A stretch of DNA of 64,000 nucleotides from Azolla caroliniana (lineage: Eukaryota > Plantae > Polypodiophyta). The translations under genes were made by a program, and so were the position numbers. Location of the stretch: contig JBHGNT010000004.1 in the NCBI GenBank assembly GCA_043228905.1, forward strand, positions 8,122,001 through 8,186,000, in the 5' to 3' direction. This document shows positions 58,493 to 64,000 of this stretch, one piece after another; within the stretch, counting starts at the first letter, position 1; each line of letters opens with the position of its first letter. The notes below the pieces were generated by a model, which ran no database searches, had not been told where the DNA came from, and saw only the letters and a program-made list of their open reading frames with translations.

Positions 58493-58860
58493 GTACGCGG
58501 GAGAGATAGAGAGTGAGAGAGCAAAATACACTATTTTCCAAGATTATATTAATACTCTGTGCTCTATATCTACAACGTGCTCATCAACGCTATTTATACA
58601 AGTCCACATGGGACTGTTAGAAGTACGGTGTACTTCAATGTTCACACGAGCGTCTGACACTAACTACGAGACTATAACTACCTAGTAGTCTAACCTATAC
58701 TAGGCTTTCGGTTACGGATTGGATCCATCATATCGGCTCCTCTTGCTTACTGGTCCTTAATGCTTACTGGCTCGGTTGCTCACTGGCATACCGATTCCTC
58801 TCGCTTACCGGCTCAGGCTTATTCAGCCGATCCGGCTCCGGTTGAGCTTGCCGCTCAACA

Positions 58861-60169
58861 GGAAAGGCACGTCGGCAATCGTGACAAGTGAAGAGGAACT
58901 ACTACTTATCAATGAGCAAAGCAAACTAAATCTTGTCGATGATGAATCGACATGGGTGCGTCGTTTCACCTAACCCCCGACCGAAAGTGCTTCTCATCAT
59001 ACAAGGCCGGAGACCACGGTCTTGTAAAGATGGGAAATGAAGAAGCATGCCGAATTTTTGGCATAGGAGATGTGTGCTTGGTAACCTCAATCGGGTGGAG
59101 ACTAGTGTTGAAGGATGTTCGACACGTTCTGGAAGTAAGATTGAATCTGATATCAGCCGGTCGACTGGATGATGAAGGCTACACGGGTAGCATTTAGAAT
59201 GACACTATGAATTTTTGCAAAGGAAGCTTGATTGTGGCCCAAACCCGGAAGACAAACACATTGTATGTGGTGCATGCTCGATTATGCCGGGAAGAGTGAA
59301 TGTGGCAACCAACATAGTCAATGAGTTGTGGCGCAGAAGATTGTGCCACATGGGTGAGAAGGGGATGAAGAACGTGCAACTTGAGAAGTGCATCGACAAC
59401 TTGACCGGCAAACAGAATAGAACCTGCTTCCGAACCAAGCCCCCGAGCTGCTAGAACTCGTGCATACCGACGTATGCTACATCGACACTAAGTCGCATGC
59501 TGGTTCACAATATTTTGTAATCTTCATTGACGACGATAGTCGGAAATTGTGGGCGTCCGTCTTGAAGACCAAGGTCCAGGCATTGTCGGTCTTCAAGGAG
59601 TTGCAAGAGAGAGCTGAGAGGGAGATCGACTGGAAATTGAAAGCAGTCCGAGCGGATAAGAGGAGAATATCGAGGATTGTTCAAAGAATAATGCTGAGCG
59701 AAGGGAATTCGGCTCGAGTACATCGTGCTGAAGATGCCAGAGCTCAATGGTATGGTTGAGAGGATGAACTAGACCATCATGGAGAGGATCCGAAGTATGT
59801 TAGCACATGCCAAGTTATCCAAGATGTTCTGGGCTAAGGCGCTGATGACAATAGTGTACGTGATAAACAAATCACCCTTAGCACCCTTGGTTAGAGATGT
59901 TCCACAAAGGGTGTGGATTGGTAAAGACATTTCATACCGACATCTAAGGGTGTTCGGTTGTCTTGCCTACGTGCATGTTGTTAAGGACCAAAGGGGAAAA
60001 CTGGATCCGAAAACTCGTCCATGCATATTTCTCGAATACGCCGACGATGAATTCGGCTATCGGATGTGGGACCTAATTGACAACAAGGTTATTAGGAGCC
60101 GAGGCATCAACTTCATGGAAGAAAAGTCGATAGCCAACAAGGAGATGGAGAAAGAAAGAAAGATATATT
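58861..60169 (+). mobile_element. copia family A copy 3 fragment (protease to integrase, degenerate)
   Basis: GASFHLTP, LWRRRLCH, HTDVCY, RGKLDPKTRPCIF; homologous to 1-900. Confidence 0.88.
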
Positions 60170-60779
60170 AACGTCTTCTAAGGCCAAATTTGGCCCATGA
60201 GACAAATGGTTTACAACAAAAAATGGGATATTTACCCATTCATCGAGAGTAAAAACTAAATATAAAAATAGAGTTTTAAGCTAAATAGTTCTATTAAAAT
60301 AACAAACATGTTCTATAAAAAAAACATGTTCGACAATGAAAATGATGTTATACTAGGCCTAATTTCATTTCCATCCAAGTCTCTCGAAGAGAAGCGGGAG
60401 GTCAAAGGGTTTCGATGTGGATGTGGCCTGTGGTCCCAATGTAAAAGGTACCCCAACCATAGCTTCTAGTCGATGTAGTTCACGTTCCCGTATCTTCTTA
60501 ATCCTTTCTGCTCCGTGTCAACTTGTTTTGAAACCCAATATCCGAGGGCGTTTGGTTGTTCTTTGCATTTCGGCTTCCTCAAGAGATAGGCCGAGCGGCG
60601 TAAGTGTATCCACATTCATCGTTTCCCCTTGTTCCTAAAAAATTACACTAGTTACAAGTTGATGAATAATAAAAGGGTTATGGTTAACACTTTGTAATTT
60701 ATTCTCCCTATGTTGTTTTAGCTCTAAGATATACCTACCTAGTCTCTTTACATCCGGGGTATCTAATAGTTTGGAGAGG

Positions 60780-61479
60780 GTGGGAGAGGGTCCTAATATG
60801 TCTTGGTATTCCACTCATATCTCAACATAAGTTGGGCACTTGCATGTGAAGTGATACTCATCCTCTATCTCTATGGCACAACCTACATAGCCTTTCCTCT
60901 CTAGGGACTCTGTTAACCCGACCATTCTCAATCTCAAGTTGGTGAGATGATATCCGAAGTTGTCCAATGGCCATCCTTAGTGCATTTGATAAGAATGTAT
61001 CTAGATATCTTGGTTGTGCAATAAAACCTAACTGAGAGAAGTGCAAGAAGTGTTCCTTATAGTACACCATTTTAGATGGGAGTGGTTCTCGTGGGGTGAT
61101 CCATTTATATCTAGTGTAAATTTTCCATATTTCTTGGCGTATCACTTTATTACGGTCTTCATGAGATATTAGAGTTTGAATAGTCCCATGGTTGTACTTA
61201 AGGGGGGGTAGGTTATTAATGTCTATGCCATTTGCAAATAACCAACTCATCACAGTGCTATACCAAGAGCCAGTGTCTCCAAATGCATGTAGGGATTGGG
61301 ATGCGTCAAAGGCTCGACGAGATATCCTATCTTGTGGTTGGCTATGTATCCGATGAATAAAAACTACCACTTGAAACAATGCTTCTCCTAACATTGGGGG
61401 TAGTTGAACTCTACTCTAATAATGTCATGTGGTACTGTTGATTTGCTTCGGAGTTGACATGATAACCTCGTCACCAAAT
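60780..61479 (-). pseudogene. 3' part of a non-LTR retrotransposon ORF, RTE-X-like
   Basis: QLRISSHQLEIENGR..PREERLCRLC, then after a frameshift EYHFTCKCPTY; cut by D2. Confidence 0.65.
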
Positions 61480-64000
61480 TGTTACCGGCCGGCGAAGAAG
61501 GCTTAAGGAGGTCCAAACCAGAGTGTGAAATGAATAGTTATTCGGGAACTGTTGTAATTAGTAGTCTTAATATATACATATTATTATATAAGAAGATGTG
61601 GACGGACGGACCGGAATCGGTATGCCGATCCGGATCCGGAACGATTCCGTAAAGGTGCCGTTTGGCACCGTTTTGTATTTCGCACCGGAGACCTATATAA
61701 AGGCCCGGATACAATGTAATCAGGAGCGGATAATTAATAAAGCGTATTGTCTTAGTCTTCAAGTGTTGATTACCGTTCTGTATTTATTGTTATATCTTAC
61801 GCGTGTTAATTATGGATGGCTAAGTAATCGATTAAGGTCTAATTAAGCGTTGTGCCGTAAGTCATTCTGCCGTACCACCCTTTGGTGACGTGTCTTAAGT
61901 GGACACCCTGTGTTAGGTTGTTGTCCGGCCCTAGCAATAACACAGTTTTTGGCGACCACGATTCCTGCATTATCGCAGTGAACAACGGTAGGAATGGATG
62001 ACTAGGCCAATAGGCGACCCGGTTACGGAGAGAGCCCAAAGACTTGCTGAACGGAGACGGCGGCGAGAGGCTTTTCAGCAAGCAGTGGAAGAAATACAAA
62101 CGGATTGATCATTTTCCAAAGTGATCTGGAAAGTGGCGGAGGAGTCGCTTCATCTGCAACAAAACGCCTACCCGGACGAAGGAAGCAGCTTAAGCAGCCT
62201 CTGGGAAGCGGAAACCCTTCTCTAGGCCTTGGCCAGAAGAGAAGGTGAATCCGAAGCATTTTCAGCACTGGAATCGGATTCGGAAGGGGGTTACAGCGCG
62301 CATACGAATTATCGCAGCAGTAACGACACCCCAGGAGGACTGGAGGACGAGGAGTCAGATACCTTACTGACACCGGAACCAGAGTTGGTAGACCAAGAAC
62401 CTCCGGCACTCGTCGTGGAGCAACCTCCGGAGACGGAAGTGCACTGGCAAAAACTTCCAACACCGGAAGCCGAGCCGGCAACACCAAAGGAAGACCGGCA
62501 AAGACCTCAGACGCCGGCGGAACAACAGGAAAGACCACCGGCACCGCCTGGCTGCATACCGACACCGGACGACGATATGCCGTTCCAGTACTCCAAGTAT
62601 CGGGATGACCCGGACGCGGAGGCTCATGTTCACGCGTTTGAACAAACATGGGAAGCGAACCATGTGTCACAACGGCTAACCGCGGCAGAAGAGGAACGAT
62701 CCAAGATAGCCGAATTCGGTGTAACATTAGAAGGACCGGCCGCCAGATGGCACCGGACGCAGGATCGCAGCACCATTACCACCTTTGCGGACCTAAAAGA
62801 CAAATTCTTGCACTTCTTCCAGAAGGAGGTGGATCAACAAGAAATGGTGGGCTTATTTTATACAATTCGGCAGGATCCCGGGGAGAGCATCCCGCAGTTT
62901 GTAATCCGGTTTCAACGGATGCACAGCTAGCTTACTCGCGCACCTCCGAAGGAAGAAACGCGGGCTATATTTTTAGCCGCGCTCCGGGAACCTCTACGAA
63001 CGGTATGCACGGTCATTGACTTTCGCACAAGCACCGTCAACCAGGTCATCAACCGGGTTAGGGAAATGGAAAAAACGAGCTCTTGGCTAACAATGGGAGC
63101 CCTCCAACGAGCATTACCAACCGATGAGGATCTCCATTTCCGGCAAGCAATCCAATGCACGACCTGCTTGAATTCCGGACACTCGTCACTGGAGTGCACC
63201 ATGCGGACGCACTGCTTACTCTGCCAATCTACGAGCCACACGATGGACCGGTGCGAATATAACTTATTGAATCGGCAAGCTCCACCAGTCCGGCAAATCG
63301 AGCCACGTAGCAGTCGAGACGAAGAAGACGAACGCTGGCAATGAGAGGAGTGATATCGACCGGCACAAGATGTCCGATACGACAATCGGCGAGACAACTA
63401 CGACCGGTACAAGAGATACGACATGTACCGAGATTACAAAGGACGGTACGAGCATCACAACCGGGATCACTCCCCCGGGTATCACCAATGACGGGAAGAT
63501 TACGGGAGGTATGACGACCAACCCCGGCAAGGGTACCGCAACAAAAAGAACTTTAATAAAAAACGGCATTTCAAAAACGGGAGCCACCCACGTGAACCGG
63601 AAAAAGGCGCCTCAAGCAGCCAACCAGACTAGAGCCCCGCGGTTACCACAAGTCCTCCACCGGGTGCAGGAAACAATGCTGAATCCAGCAACACCCGGAA
63701 AGCATATTGCTATTACTGCTGGCAAGAAGGACATTATAGTAATCAATGTCTGGCAAAAATCTATGATAAGAGACCGACAGTAAATATGGTAGTCGCCGAA
63801 GTCGCAGACCTCCAGCAGGTCACCACAAGGTCGAAGGGGAAGACTACAAAATGGGAGACACAAGAGGCCATCCGGAAACAGGCAACGGAATGGGTGAAAA
63901 AGGCAAATGAGCGAAACGTAGCAGAACTCGCACAACAGAAGGAGAACACCGAAGAGCTCGCCGGCGGCAGTCAGTCCGAAAACGGGACGTGGCAGGTATT
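61480..64000 (+). mobile_element. Ty3/gypsy-type element D2 (relative of D1): 5' LTR 61480-61942, PBS 61950-61961, gag with stops; continues past the window
   Basis: TGTTA..TAACA; TGGCGACCACGA; gag strongly similar to D1 (WEANHVSQRLT, CTTCLNSGH); stops at 62928 and 63342. Confidence 0.9.

Larger units (their letters stand above)
49267..58860 (-). mobile_element. copia family B copy 3 (probably chimeric), interrupted by element C; LTRs 49267-49709 and 58424-58860
   Basis: PBS TGGTATCAGAGCG at 58411-58423; PPT 49710-49720; gag/pol 55285-58328; flanks CACAG / GGAAA do not match. Confidence 0.9.

Overview
Eukaryotic nuclear DNA from a land plant; a fern or other non-seed plant is likely, but that is an inference from the TE types and gene style. 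There is one host gene, an intronless SCL4/7-type GRAS transcription factor (33121-36468, +) with a very long low-complexity N-terminus. It sits in an ~13 kb AT-rich island between dense, nested retroelement clusters. By eye I resolve three Ty1/copia families (my labels A, B, C), two Ty3/gypsy-type families (D, E), a non-coding LTR element (Y), three solo LTRs, a 5'-truncated L1 LINE with a 16-bp TSD, and an RTE-X-like LINE fragment. Most boundaries are fixed by TG..CA termini, PBS/PPT and TSDs. The most unusual signals are mechanistic footprints: (1) a gypsy element whose pol was replaced by a copy of its own flank, consistent with one-sided invasion repair; (2) a PPT-less non-coding element whose two LTRs are identical in R/U5 but diverged in U3; (3) an (AC)n vs (AG)n swap between 5' and 3' LTRs in two B copies; (4) an 11-bp stem enclosing the PPT, plus a duplicated PPT and a Pol C-terminal extension in family B; (5) a nested pair in which both TSDs are broken. 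No CRISPR, rRNA or tRNA genes were seen. All alignments were done by eye and no database searches were run.
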